Virus record (IMG/VR): IMGVR_UViG_3300037524_002016
Coordinates: 1-64,000 of that record
Source of the DNA: a virus
Direction: 5' to 3' (one strand)
DNA length: 64,000 bases
Below, in pieces: positions 26,328 through 35,830 of this stretch. Every line of letters begins with the position of its first letter. The first letter of the stretch is position 1. The notes below the pieces were generated by a model, which was not told the DNA's origin, ran no database searches, and was given only the letters and a program-made list of their open reading frames with translations. Both the position numbers and the translations under genes were made by a program.

Positions 26328-26515
26328 ATAAGATTCAGACTTCCAAAACCGTCCTCAAGTGCTCGGACTGTGGCCGGGCCATTCCCGTTCGGCAGCCTCA
26401 TTACAAGAACATCGAGACGGGAGAAGTGACTCACCCGAACTGCGATCTCTATCGCAGCCAGCCCCTCTTTGAACCACGGAACTCCCATGCTCGAATCGCT
26501 CGTCATCGTCGTTGA
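26324..26515 (+). CDS. small zinc-finger-like protein
   Basis: CSDC...HPNC; GGAG RBS, TTGA overlap. Confidence 0.55.
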   Translation: MNKIQTSKTVLKCSDCGRAIPVRQPHYKNIETGEVTHPNCDLYRSQPLFEPRNSHARIARHRR

Positions 26516-27197
26516 CCTCGAAACCACCGGCGTCGACCCTAAGACCTGCGGCATCGTCCAGATCGGGGCCGTCACCTATCATCCCGAGCGCGAGCACTAT
26601 GCGGTCGCGCTTAACCAACTGGTAGACCCCGGTATGCCGATCCCGGCCGGGGCCTCGGCAGTTCACGGGATCACCGACGAGCACGTCCGGTATGCGCCGG
26701 CCCAGAAAACTGCGATCCGGCTCTTGGAAAATTCGATCTTCATGATCGCCAGGGTCGCGGAGCGGGTGCCGGTCATTGCCGGTTTCAACTGTGCCAGTTA
26801 TGACTTCAAGGTCTTGGAGGCCAACGGCATGGAACTGGTCCGGGAGCGGACTCTGGACGTCCGCTGGCTGACGGACCGCTACTACCCGCACAACGGCGGC
26901 ACCCTCAGTGCCACCTATCAGGCAGCTACCGGCAAGCCGCCGCTCGATGCCCACGATGCGGTGGCCGACTGCATCATGACCACCGAGATTCTGCACACCC
27001 ACCTGCAGGCTACCGGCAAGACTATCGACGCTCTCCTGGAGGAGTTCAAGACCCCGCAAGTCTTGGAGATTTGCGCGCTCAAGGCACATGCCGGGAAACC
27101 CTGGAACGAGGTCCCGAAACACTATGTCCGCTGGTGCCGGGACAACTTCACGAACCTCTCGCCGGACCTGGCACTGACGCTGAGGACCTATGCCTGA
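26487..27197 (+). CDS. DEDDh 3'-5' exonuclease (DnaQ/ExoX-like)
   Basis: DLETTG, VHGIT, GFN...YD, AHDAVADC; C-terminal GK.W.EVP..YVRW. Confidence 0.92.
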   Translation: MLESLVIVVDLETTGVDPKTCGIVQIGAVTYHPEREHYAVALNQLVDPGMPIPAGASAVHGITDEHVRYAPAQKTAIRLLENSIFMIARVAERVPVIAGFNCASYDFKVLEANGMELVRERTLDVRWLTDRYYPHNGGTLSATYQAATGKPPLDAHDAVADCIMTTEILHTHLQATGKTIDALLEEFKTPQVLEICALKAHAGKPWNEVPKHYVRWCRDNFTNLSPDLALTLRTYA

Positions 27198-27387
27198 GTG
27201 GCCGGAGTTCCGGCTACCTCCCATCAACTTGTGGGTGATGCCGCCCTGGCGTGGGCGGACACCCGAAAAGCGGTGCGTCAAGCAGTGCCGACTGAATCGG
27301 CGCACCCAAACCTGCGATGGCTGTGGACGTACCATGGCTGAGATTAAACAAGCGTACGAGAGAATAACATGTCCCAAGACCCGTTGA
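27190..27387 (+). CDS. DUF1289-like small Cys protein
   Basis: CVKQCRL.....CDGCGRT..EI. Confidence 0.65.
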   Translation: MPEWPEFRLPPINLWVMPPWRGRTPEKRCVKQCRLNRRTQTCDGCGRTMAEIKQAYERITCPKTR

Positions 27388-30300
27388 AAACTCCCTACCA
27401 ACAATTCATCCACCGGTCGAAGTATGCCCGCTGGCTGCCGGAGAAAGGCCGCCGCGAGACCTGGGAAGAAACCGTTTGGCGCTACGTCGACTACTGGTGG
27501 AACCGCGGGGTGATCACCCCATCTGAGCGGCTCGCCTTGTTCACGGCCATCTACAACCTGGAGGTGATGCCGTCGATGCGGGCGCTGATGACTGCTGGCG
27601 CAGCATTGGATCGTGATGTAACAGCAGGGTACAATTGTAGCTTCATAGCGGTAGGCGGTAGCGGCAAAGACATCACAATTGAACACCCCGACCTGGACCA
27701 ACCCTACATCTTGCATGTGGGGTCGCCGATCGACTTCGACGAGATCCTTTATGTGCTGATGTGCGGTACTGGGGTGGGATACTCCGTCGAACGTCAGTAC
27801 ATCAACCGTCTGCCGGTGGTCGGCGACTCGTTGAACCGCAGCATCTACGCGCCAACCGAGGAAAATTTCCCGGGCGTGCCGGCTGATGAACTGTCGGTTT
27901 TCCTGTCCGCAGAGAACCGGATTGTGGTGGCTGACAGCAAATGCGGGTGGGCTTCCGCGCTACGCATCCTGCTGGTTGAGCTTTATAACGGCAACTTCGA
28001 CGTCACCTGGGACGTCAGCCAAGTCAGGCCGGCCGGGGCCAGGCTGAAGACGTTCGGGGGCCGGGCTTCCGGACCGGAACCGCTGCTGCGGCTGTTCGAC
28101 TACTGCGTGCAGTTGTTCAGGGCCGCGGAGGGCCGAAGGCTGAATTCCATCGAGTGTCACGGCCTGGTCTGCAAGATTGCTGACATCGTGGTGGTGGGCG
28201 GTGTGCGCCGGTCGGCTTTGCTCTCGTTGAGCAACCTGTCGGACAACCGCATGCGGCATGCCAAGACCGGCAGCTGGTGGATCGAGAACCCGCACTTTTC
28301 TCTGGCCAACAACAGCGTGGCTTTCACGGAGAAGCCCACAGCCGGGGCCTTCATGGCGGAGTGGCTGTCGCTCTACGACAGCAAGAGCGGTGAGCGAGGC
28401 ATCTTCAACCGGCAGGCAGCCACCAAGTTGCAGCCGGCGAGAAGGGCGGCCTTAGGGTATAACGAGTGGGGTACAAATCCTTGCTCAGAAATTGTACTAA
28501 GGTCACGCCAAAAATGCAATCTCAGCGAGGTAGTGGTACGACCCAGTGACACCCAAGAGACCCTGTTCTACAAGATCGAAATCGCCGCGATCCTCGGCAC
28601 CCTGCAGGCCACGCTGACCGACTTCCGCTACCTCTCTCCGAAGTGGAAGGAGAACTGCGAAGAAGAACGCCTCCTCGGGGTCAGCTTGACCGGCATCATG
28701 GATCACCCGCTGCTGAGCACGGTCAGCGAAGAGTCCGGGCGCTTGCTCCGAGGACTCCGCGACCATGCGGTGACGATCAACCAACTGTGGGCCGACGCTC
28801 TGGAGATCAATCCTGCTACGGCCGTGACCTGCGTGAAGCCGTCCGGCACGGTTTCGCAACTGGTTGACGCCGCCAGCGGTATCCATCCTCGCTACGCGCC
28901 GCACTACATCCGGACCGTGCGGGCCGACAAGAAGGATCCCCTGGCCCAACTGATGCGGGACCAGGGCGTGCCCTGCGAGGACGACGTCATGCGGCCTGAC
29001 TCCACCTGGGTGTTCTCTTTCCCGGTGGAGGCCCCGGCCGGGTCGGTGTTCCGAGATGATCGCTCAGCTTTGGAGCAGTTGGAGTTGTGGAAGCACTATC
29101 AACTCAACTTCTGCGAGCACAAACCATCTTGCTTTTCGGCAAAGACACGTTTCATTACGGACCAAGGTTTGGTGTCGTTTGAGGAGGTATTGGCAGGCAG
29201 AGAAACAGCCGAAGTTAAAGTCCTCAACAAAGTCGGTGAATTCGTGCCGGCCACGGTAAATAGGTTTGGCAGGCAAGAAATATGGGAAATCACGTTAACT
29301 TCAGGTAAGAAGTCATTTACCTTGGAGACAACGGCCGATCACTTGTGGCCTGTTACTTACCACCATCAGAGGTGGGCAGGCTGGGATGAGAAGCTTTACC
29401 AGACTAAAAGTCTGCCGATAGGAAAGCAGTTTGTCTCGGTATATCAGAAAACCGACTACAACTCCTTTGCTTTAGAGGGGTTTCTACATGGTGTGGTTTT
29501 TGGTGACGGCACCGAATACAACAAACACCGCGCCAACTCACATTGCAGAGTAGACCTATGTGGAGACAAAGGCCCTGACTTAGTTCCGTTCTTTGAAAAG
29601 TTTGGGTTAAGTGCCACGACCAACAAAGCCGGTAACATGCAGAGCGTTTACAGGTTACCGAATCACTGGAAAACGTTGCCAGATATCTTGGAGGAATCCT
29701 CTGAATATTTGAGGGGCTTTATCATGGGCTGGTTCGCGACAGACGGGTATGTCGATAGAAAGGGCGCTGCCTTTTCTATTTCCAGTTCCAGGCGAGAATA
29801 CCTGGAGTGGTTACAGGCGGCTGCTCCAAAGGCTGGAATAGGTGTGTCTGTTAACCTTCAACAAGGTGTTTCAGGGGCCACCGCGTATGCAAACGTTAGG
29901 AACCCAGAAATAGACCGCACCTTTTACTGGGTGTGTTTCCTGAAAGAGTCATTATCCAAGGATTTCTTTGTAAGAGCAAAGCACAAAGACAGGTTTACAG
30001 TGACAGAGCAGTCTTCCAAGCGTTGGAAGATTAGTCAGGTACGGAACACAGGTAGGCTCGAGGAAGTTTTCTGTGTAACTGAACCGGTTGGCCATCACTT
30101 TGTGTTGGAAGGAAACATCCTCACACACAACTGCACGGTTTACGTGAAGGAACATGAATGGCCCGCAGTCGGCGCCTGGGTCTACGACAACTTCGACATC
30201 GTCAGCGGCATCAGCTTCTTGCCGCACTCCGACCACAGTTACCAGCAGGCGCCCTACCAGGAGGTCGACGAACTGACCTACAAGACAGCCCTGGCCGTGT

Positions 30301-30398
30301 TCCCCGAGATCGACTGGGATCAACTGCGTGAAGAGGACGACCAGACCACAGGGTCACAGGAGTATGCGTGCGTGGGCGGGGCCTGTGAACTCACGTAG
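27369..30398 (+). CDS. nrdJ: class II (adenosylcobalamin-dependent) ribonucleotide reductase containing an intein
   Basis: PSMRA, YNCS, GGRASGPEPL, VVVGGVRRSA, GTNPCSEI, CNLSEV, VKPSGTVSQL, C-terminal CVGGAC. Confidence 0.95.
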   Translation: MSQDPLKTPYQQFIHRSKYARWLPEKGRRETWEETVWRYVDYWWNRGVITPSERLALFTAIYNLEVMPSMRALMTAGAALDRDVTAGYNCSFIAVGGSGKDITIEHPDLDQPYILHVGSPIDFDEILYVLMCGTGVGYSVERQYINRLPVVGDSLNRSIYAPTEENFPGVPADELSVFLSAENRIVVADSKCGWASALRILLVELYNGNFDVTWDVSQVRPAGARLKTFGGRASGPEPLLRLFDYCVQLFRAAEGRRLNSIECHGLVCKIADIVVVGGVRRSALLSLSNLSDNRMRHAKTGSWWIENPHFSLANNSVAFTEKPTAGAFMAEWLSLYDSKSGERGIFNRQAATKLQPARRAALGYNEWGTNPCSEIVLRSRQKCNLSEVVVRPSDTQETLFYKIEIAAILGTLQATLTDFRYLSPKWKENCEEERLLGVSLTGIMDHPLLSTVSEESGRLLRGLRDHAVTINQLWADALEINPATAVTCVKPSGTVSQLVDAASGIHPRYAPHYIRTVRADKKDPLAQLMRDQGVPCEDDVMRPDSTWVFSFPVEAPAGSVFRDDRSALEQLELWKHYQLNFCEHKPSCFSAKTRFITDQGLVSFEEVLAGRETAEVKVLNKVGEFVPATVNRFGRQEIWEITLTSGKKSFTLETTADHLWPVTYHHQRWAGWDEKLYQTKSLPIGKQFVSVYQKTDYNSFALEGFLHGVVFGDGTEYNKHRANSHCRVDLCGDKGPDLVPFFEKFGLSATTNKAGNMQSVYRLPNHWKTLPDILEESSEYLRGFIMGWFATDGYVDRKGAAFSISSSRREYLEWLQAAAPKAGIGVSVNLQQGVSGATAYANVRNPEIDRTFYWVCFLKESLSKDFFVRAKHKDRFTVTEQSSKRWKISQVRNTGRLEEVFCVTEPVGHHFVLEGNILTHNCTVYVKEHEWPAVGAWVYDNFDIVSGISFLPHSDHSYQQAPYQEVDELTYKTALAVFPEIDWDQLREEDDQTTGSQEYACVGGACELT
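29130..30131 (+). mobile_element. intein (334 aa) with LAGLIDADG homing endonuclease
   Basis: EHKPS|CFSAKT...TADHLW...GNILTHN|CTVYV; FLHGVVFGDG and FIMGWFATDG; visibly lower GC. Confidence 0.95.
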
Positions 30399-30882
30399 AT
30401 CCGGCGCCCAAGCCAACACCGGCGAAGCGCTCCAGGTCAAGATCCAGGACGCCGGGAAACTCCTCACCGAGGACCATCCCGGCTTCATGGACCGCATCTA
30501 CGACAGCAAGTCGGCCCGGGGTTTCATCCCGGAACGCCCGGGCGACTTCTACCTGCTGCTCTACGGCCGGTCTTTTCTGATCGAGGCCAAATCCAGTCTG
30601 GTTCACGCCAGCCTGGCGAAGGCCTCGCTCAAGAGTCTGATCAAGCCTCATCAGATTACCTCCTCCCGACTCTGGACCCGGGCCGGAGGCATCTCCGTGT
30701 TCGTCTTTCATCACCTGACGGCCAAGGAGGTGGAAATCTGGGCCGGGCCCCAGGTCGTGCAGGCGTACCTCCAGAAGAAGGTGAAACTGACCGAGCCCTG
30801 GCACCGCTGCCCCTACACCGCCGCCGGCATCGCCGGCGGATTCCTGCATCTCATTCAACACGAGAACGACCATGTCCGATAA
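30385..30882 (+). CDS. PD-(D/E)XK nuclease, RecU-like Holliday junction resolvase
   Basis: N.GE..Q...PGDF.....SFLIEAKS...HQI; start codon uncertain. Confidence 0.7.
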   Translation: MNSRRSGAQANTGEALQVKIQDAGKLLTEDHPGFMDRIYDSKSARGFIPERPGDFYLLLYGRSFLIEAKSSLVHASLAKASLKSLIKPHQITSSRLWTRAGGISVFVFHHLTAKEVEIWAGPQVVQAYLQKKVKLTEPWHRCPYTAAGIAGGFLHLIQHENDHVR

Positions 30883-31189
30883 CACCGAAATCCGTGTCCT
30901 CTACCCCCCCGATCACACCAGCGGCAACGCCGCCCGTTTCAATGCAGACCTGACCCAGGAGGCGGCCATCGTCGTCGGCACCCAGGGCAGCGGGGCCCTG
31001 GCCAATGCCAAGAAACTGGGCCGCCTCCTGGGCTACCGGGTGGTGTTCAACTTCTGGTGCTCGAGCAGCGAAATCCCCCGCGGGGTCCTGGCCGTGTGCG
31101 AACCCAACTTCGACTGGGCGGCACGGAGCCGGGACGTCAAAGTCATCGATTTCGCGGAACTTAAAGACCAACTGGCGGAGGCAGCATGA
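30872..31189 (+). CDS. hypothetical protein
   Basis: ACACGAGA..GACC-ATG leader. Confidence 0.7.
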   Translation: MSDNTEIRVLYPPDHTSGNAARFNADLTQEAAIVVGTQGSGALANAKKLGRLLGYRVVFNFWCSSSEIPRGVLAVCEPNFDWAARSRDVKVIDFAELKDQLAEAA

Positions 31190-31605
31190 ACGAAGAAACC
31201 ACGATCTACTTCCTGCAGAAAGAAGGCGTCTACAGTCACGGCATTTTTTGGATTGGGTTCGACCTGGAGGAAGGCAAACACCAAGCCGACCGAGCGGCGG
31301 CCCGAGATGAGGATGACCACCATGGCTGGGTCTTGTATCGCTATGTGGCCCCAGGTCAGGACGCCGAGTACTGGGAATACCCAGGCAGTGTCGCGGACTC
31401 CCACGAACGGGTTTACTCGGCAAGTAAACATGCAGCTCCATACCCTTGTCTTTTGATCAGCAAAGACGAAGAAAAAACAATCGAGTACAAGGTGCCGTAC
31501 AAACTTTACGACACATTGAATCCAAATGATGCAGGTACGTATTACGAACGCTCCCATTTTCTGGAAGATAAGGGGGTATGGGTTTACAAGGAGATACCAG
31601 AATGA
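31186..31605 (+). CDS. hypothetical protein
   Basis: GGAGG RBS; ATGA coupling on both sides. Confidence 0.7.
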   Translation: MNEETTIYFLQKEGVYSHGIFWIGFDLEEGKHQADRAAARDEDDHHGWVLYRYVAPGQDAEYWEYPGSVADSHERVYSASKHAAPYPCLLISKDEEKTIEYKVPYKLYDTLNPNDAGTYYERSHFLEDKGVWVYKEIPE

Positions 31606-32690
31606 GTGCAGACCTGACCATCATCGGCGACATCCACCTCGGGGTGGAGCGCGTTTCCCACACGACGCCGGTGGGCCGGGAGCGTCTTCGTCAAAAAATC
31701 TTCGACCGGGCCGCAGACATTGTTCGCCGAGCCGACGGCTACGTGGTTCAGGCTGGCGATTTATTTGACAAGACCCGCAACGATGACAAGACTTTGTTCC
31801 AAGGCTACTCGATCGTCAGCCAAGTGCCGGTCGTGCTGGCAGGCAACCACGACGTGGCGAACCGGGCTAATGGTCTTTCCAGTCTGCAGATGGTCGACGC
31901 AATGCTGCCGGATGGGCCTGTTGATCTACCTGACTACAACGACCCGTCGCCGATCTTTCACGACTCCTATCCTGCAACCGCCCTTTTCACCTGCCCTTAT
32001 CAGCCCACCCAAGAGGCTTTCGTGCGAGCTTTAGACTCGGCGCTGGTCTCTGGTCGGGAAAGCCGCAGTGCGGATCGGTTCGACGGGATAGAAAGTGTTT
32101 TCGTTCTTGTTCTTCACTGCAACTACGACCTCACCTTCGCCAAGGACGACCCCCTCACCAACAACCTGTCGCCGGAGAAAGCCGAGGAACTCCTGGAGGT
32201 CTTCGACTACATCTTCTGCGGCCACGAGCACAACCCCCGGGTTCTCCACAACGGCCGGCTGATCATGACGGGCTCTATCATGCCGCTGAGCTTTGCCGAG
32301 ATGACGGACAAGTTCATTTGGCGTGTCGAGAACGGCAAAGTCACCTACGAACTCATCTGGTCCGTCGACCGACACTACCGGTGCCTCGACGCAGTCGAGG
32401 CACCGGACGTTTTGGCTGCCGAACTGGAGTTCATCAAGGTCACCGGCACCGTCTCGGCCTCCGAGTACGCCGATCTCCTCCGCAAGGTCCAGACCTGGTG
32501 GCAGGAGAGCCCCAACCTTCTGGCCGTCAACATCAGCGAAGTCGAAGTTGAAGGCCTCGTCACCTCCGGAGGAGGTGACGAAATCTTTAAACCCATGGCG
32601 GTCCGGCCCCTGGCAGAGAGCATGGAAGCCTTGCTGCAAGACTCGGGACTCCTGGAACTGTGGCGACAGATTTATGCGGAGATGACCTGA
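31602..32690 (+). CDS. SbcD/Mre11-like metallophosphoesterase nuclease
   Basis: GDIHLG, AGDLFD, AGNHD, LH, GHEH, TGS. Confidence 0.9.
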   Translation: MSADLTIIGDIHLGVERVSHTTPVGRERLRQKIFDRAADIVRRADGYVVQAGDLFDKTRNDDKTLFQGYSIVSQVPVVLAGNHDVANRANGLSSLQMVDAMLPDGPVDLPDYNDPSPIFHDSYPATALFTCPYQPTQEAFVRALDSALVSGRESRSADRFDGIESVFVLVLHCNYDLTFAKDDPLTNNLSPEKAEELLEVFDYIFCGHEHNPRVLHNGRLIMTGSIMPLSFAEMTDKFIWRVENGKVTYELIWSVDRHYRCLDAVEAPDVLAAELEFIKVTGTVSASEYADLLRKVQTWWQESPNLLAVNISEVEVEGLVTSGGGDEIFKPMAVRPLAESMEALLQDSGLLELWRQIYAEMT

Positions 32691-34822
32691 TGCTTTACCT
32701 TGACAGACTGAGTCTGAAGGACTTTAGAAAGCACAGCGACCTGTCCGTGGACTTCACGGCCGGCCTCAACGTCATCGCCGGCCCCAACTGGGTCGGCAAG
32801 ACCACCCTTAAGTACGCCATCCTGTTCGCCCTCTACGGGGCCAAGGAGGTGCCCGGCGGCAAGGCCGGTATCGTGCCCCGGCAGAAGCCTGAAGCGAAGC
32901 CCAAGGTCACCCTGGGCTTTGGGCCGTACCGGCTGGAGCGGACCCTCTCATCGGCAACGCTCTATCGGGACGGCGAGCCCATTGCCAGGGGCGCATCCGA
33001 GGTCACGGCCCTGGTCGACGAACTTCTGGAACTGCCCAAGGCCACCTTCCTCGACATGCGGGTGAGCTACCAGGGCGAGGCGGCGGCGCTTCTTTCGATG
33101 ACGGGGACCGAACTCAAGCAACTAGTCGAGCGCCTGGCCGGCGTCGACACCATCGACCGCGCGCTGCAGCGGATTGCCGATCGGACCAAGATTGTGCGGG
33201 GCCGTCTTGACGTGCTTCGGCCTCAAGTGGAACAAGGCCAGCGGGAGGTCGCCGAAGCGACCTCCCGTAAGACTGAGCTTGCCGGCGAACTGGCGGCCTT
33301 GACCGAACAGACCGGCGTCCTCGCCTGCGAGATCGAGCAGCAGGAGGCCGAGCAGAAAAGGCTGGCGGCCGAGGTGAATACGGCGGAACGACGGCACCGG
33401 GAATTCGTGCGGGCTGAGGCCAAGCGCGAGACTTTGTCTGCCCAGTGCGAATCCATTGAAAATCGCCTGGTGATCGAGGAGGACCAACTCCAAAATTTCT
33501 GTAACGAAATAGGAGGTGGTCTGAGTTGGTGTGATGAGCGGATCGCTGAGCTTGAGGCCATTCTGGACGCGAGTGCACGGGTGTCCATGAAAAGGGAGCG
33601 TCTGCGGGGCCAACTGGAGAGCACCCAGCGGGCTTTGGACACTGCCAACACAGAGTTGCAAGCCCTAGTGGTGCCAGAGGACCCATCCGAGGTGTTGAAG
33701 GCGGCCCAGGACCGGCACCTGTTGGCAGGTAGTCTGGCCAGCAACTGCGCCGACCGTCGAAAACAACTGCTAACCAGTCTGGAGCAGGCCGTGTGCCGCA
33801 CCTGCCTGCGGCCTTTCGATGTCGGCGAGACCGAGAAAGTGAAAGCTGAACTGGCGGGTGTTGAGGTCCAACTCAAAGGCTACGACGAGACTTACTCTGC
33901 TGCCTCAGAGGACCTGGACCAAGCTCGAAGGGCCCAAGAGTCTTATCAGCTAGCCGTGTACCGCCGCCTTCAACTGCGGAACCGGATCGAGGACCTGCAG
34001 CGGGATGTGAGCACCTACCAGGGGTCGCTTGCCGAAATGGGCCCGGCCCTCGACCCGTCAGTGATTGAACAACATCGGGCCAACCTCACCGAATTGCGTC
34101 GCGTCAAGGGCGAAGCCGAGCGCCTGACTCGCTCCTGCCGGCAACTGACCCAGGATCTCGCCGGGCTCCGAAAGGAACTGGAGGCCCTGGAAGGGATCAC
34201 GGACGTTGATCCGGAGCCTCTCAAGCTTCGACTGAACACGATGACTGCGGAGCTTGGCGAAGCCAAGCTCCGCTTACAGCGGGCTCAGACTGACCTGGAG
34301 AACCGACGTGCCGAGTGGAACCGCCTCACCAAGCTGATCCTGGACCAGGCCGAGAAGAAGGCCCAACTGGACCGGGAGATCAACCTGGAGGCCGATCTGG
34401 GGCGCCTGTCCAAACTGGTCAAGCAGAACCGGGACAAGTTCCTGGGCGACGTCTGGGAAGGTTTGCTCGGCACGGCCTCGCAGTTCGTGACCACCTGCAC
34501 GGCTGGCGGGATCGAGCGGATAGGCAAAGGGGAAAACTTCGACCTCTACTTCGTCGAGGAAGGCTACGCCATGCCCCTGGTCAGCGCCTCCGGGGCCCAA
34601 CGCAGCATCATTGGACTGGGATTGCGGGTGGCCGTGGGCCGTCTGCAACCCTGTCAAGCTGGATTCATCCTATTGGATGAAGTCACCGCCGACATGTCAC
34701 CCGCCGTGTCGGCCCTGACGGAGGCGGCCTTGAGGGCAGCCTACCCGCAGGTGGTATCCATCACCCACCGGGAGATGGACCAAGTGTTGGCGGACAACCT
34801 GATCGTGTTGGGCGCGACCTAG
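32690..34822 (+). CDS. SbcC/Rad50-like SMC ATPase
   Basis: GPNWVGKT, long coiled coil with CRTC hook, ASGAQR signature, LLDE, ITH. Confidence 0.92.
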   Translation: MLYLDRLSLKDFRKHSDLSVDFTAGLNVIAGPNWVGKTTLKYAILFALYGAKEVPGGKAGIVPRQKPEAKPKVTLGFGPYRLERTLSSATLYRDGEPIARGASEVTALVDELLELPKATFLDMRVSYQGEAAALLSMTGTELKQLVERLAGVDTIDRALQRIADRTKIVRGRLDVLRPQVEQGQREVAEATSRKTELAGELAALTEQTGVLACEIEQQEAEQKRLAAEVNTAERRHREFVRAEAKRETLSAQCESIENRLVIEEDQLQNFCNEIGGGLSWCDERIAELEAILDASARVSMKRERLRGQLESTQRALDTANTELQALVVPEDPSEVLKAAQDRHLLAGSLASNCADRRKQLLTSLEQAVCRTCLRPFDVGETEKVKAELAGVEVQLKGYDETYSAASEDLDQARRAQESYQLAVYRRLQLRNRIEDLQRDVSTYQGSLAEMGPALDPSVIEQHRANLTELRRVKGEAERLTRSCRQLTQDLAGLRKELEALEGITDVDPEPLKLRLNTMTAELGEAKLRLQRAQTDLENRRAEWNRLTKLILDQAEKKAQLDREINLEADLGRLSKLVKQNRDKFLGDVWEGLLGTASQFVTTCTAGGIERIGKGENFDLYFVEEGYAMPLVSASGAQRSIIGLGLRVAVGRLQPCQAGFILLDEVTADMSPAVSALTEAALRAAYPQVVSITHREMDQVLADNLIVLGAT

Positions 34823-35436
34823 TCGAGGCTATCCCCACCTGGCCACCCGCTCGTGATGTCGACGGCCTCGGGATTGTCCGAGGCCTCGATGAGCGCAGCC
34901 AGTTCCTCCTCCCGATCGAAGCAGGCCTGGACGTGGTCAACTACCGCGGCCAGGGCCTGTCGGACCTTGGCCTTGTTCAGGGTGACCCAGCCGTCCTGGG
35001 CTTTCCAACGGAACTCTTTGTTGGCGGCGACATCGGCGGCGTTGAACAGGGACTGCAGGTTTGACCTGGAGGTTCTGTCCGTTTGAAAACGAACACCTTC
35101 GCGGTTGATGCCTTTGGTCTCGTGCGAGAAGCGCCTGGAGGCCAGTTCCTTCAGGCGTTTTTCTTTGCGTTCGGCCAGAGTCGGAGGGGCAGGTGGAGTG
35201 TCCGTTCCAACCAGGAAAGCAGGCGGCACCGGCAGCAGAGGCTGTCCCGACTTGGACCAGTCCCGCAGTTGCTGGCGATATTCCAGCAGCCGAGCGTACT
35301 CGGTGCCGGACAAGGTGGTCGGTGTGCCGGTCTCCAATTGGTCCCGATGTCGGGTGACCCACCAGTCCGTGGCCGTCAGCCGTTGGCGGGCGCTTTCCTG
35401 TAGACGGGCAGGGGTGGCCAGCAAATCAATGCGCAT
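34819..35436 (-). CDS. tail fiber assembly chaperone-like protein with DUF4376-like domain
   Basis: L.ATDW...YRQQLRD..; TDR.S...WKAQDG.V.L...HVQACFDRE...GW. Confidence 0.75.
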   Translation of the reverse strand: MRIDLLATPARLQESARQRLTATDWWVTRHRDQLETGTPTTLSGTEYARLLEYRQQLRDWSKSGQPLLPVPPAFLVGTDTPPAPPTLAERKEKRLKELASRRFSHETKGINREGVRFQTDRTSRSNLQSLFNAADVAANKEFRWKAQDGWVTLNKAKVRQALAAVVDHVQACFDREEELAALIEASDNPEAVDITSGWPGGDSLD

Positions 35437-35830
35437 GGAACTGGTGCTCCCAGGTACGGTACGGCCAAAGATCGACTCGAATCCGGTAAAGACCCTCGGC
35501 TCCGGCAGTCAATTCCAGGGGACCCCCATCGGTCGTGAATTCGGCCGGTGCAGGCCCCCAGATGGTGACCTTGGCGCCCGCAGGGACACCGGTTATCGTC
35601 AGAACGTCGGCGCCATCTGCGGTAAGTGAAGTCTTGTCGGCCGATATCGATAAGGTGGGTCGAGGGACGGCTGTCAAGGACTCCAGATCGATTTGATATT
35701 CCCGACCATCGTAGAGGCCGTCAATTCTTTTGTAGTTGGGATAGACGGTATCCAAGGCATCCAGGGCGCCTGTTGTATGCCAACCAATAATGAGGCCGGT
35801 GGCTGGATCATAGTAAGTGACATTGTTCAT
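35426..35830 (-). CDS. tail-associated hypothetical protein
   Basis: Coupled to the fiber gene; ADGAD..TITG.P motif. Confidence 0.7.
   Translation of the reverse strand: MNNVTYYDPATGLIIGWHTTGALDALDTVYPNYKRIDGLYDGREYQIDLESLTAVPRPTLSISADKTSLTADGADVLTITGVPAGAKVTIWGPAPAEFTTDGGPLELTAGAEGLYRIRVDLWPYRTWEHQFHAH

Noticed and set aside
34819-34822. Convergent genes sharing overlapping stop codons (CTAG) with no terminator
   Set aside because: Real, but common in compact phage genomes
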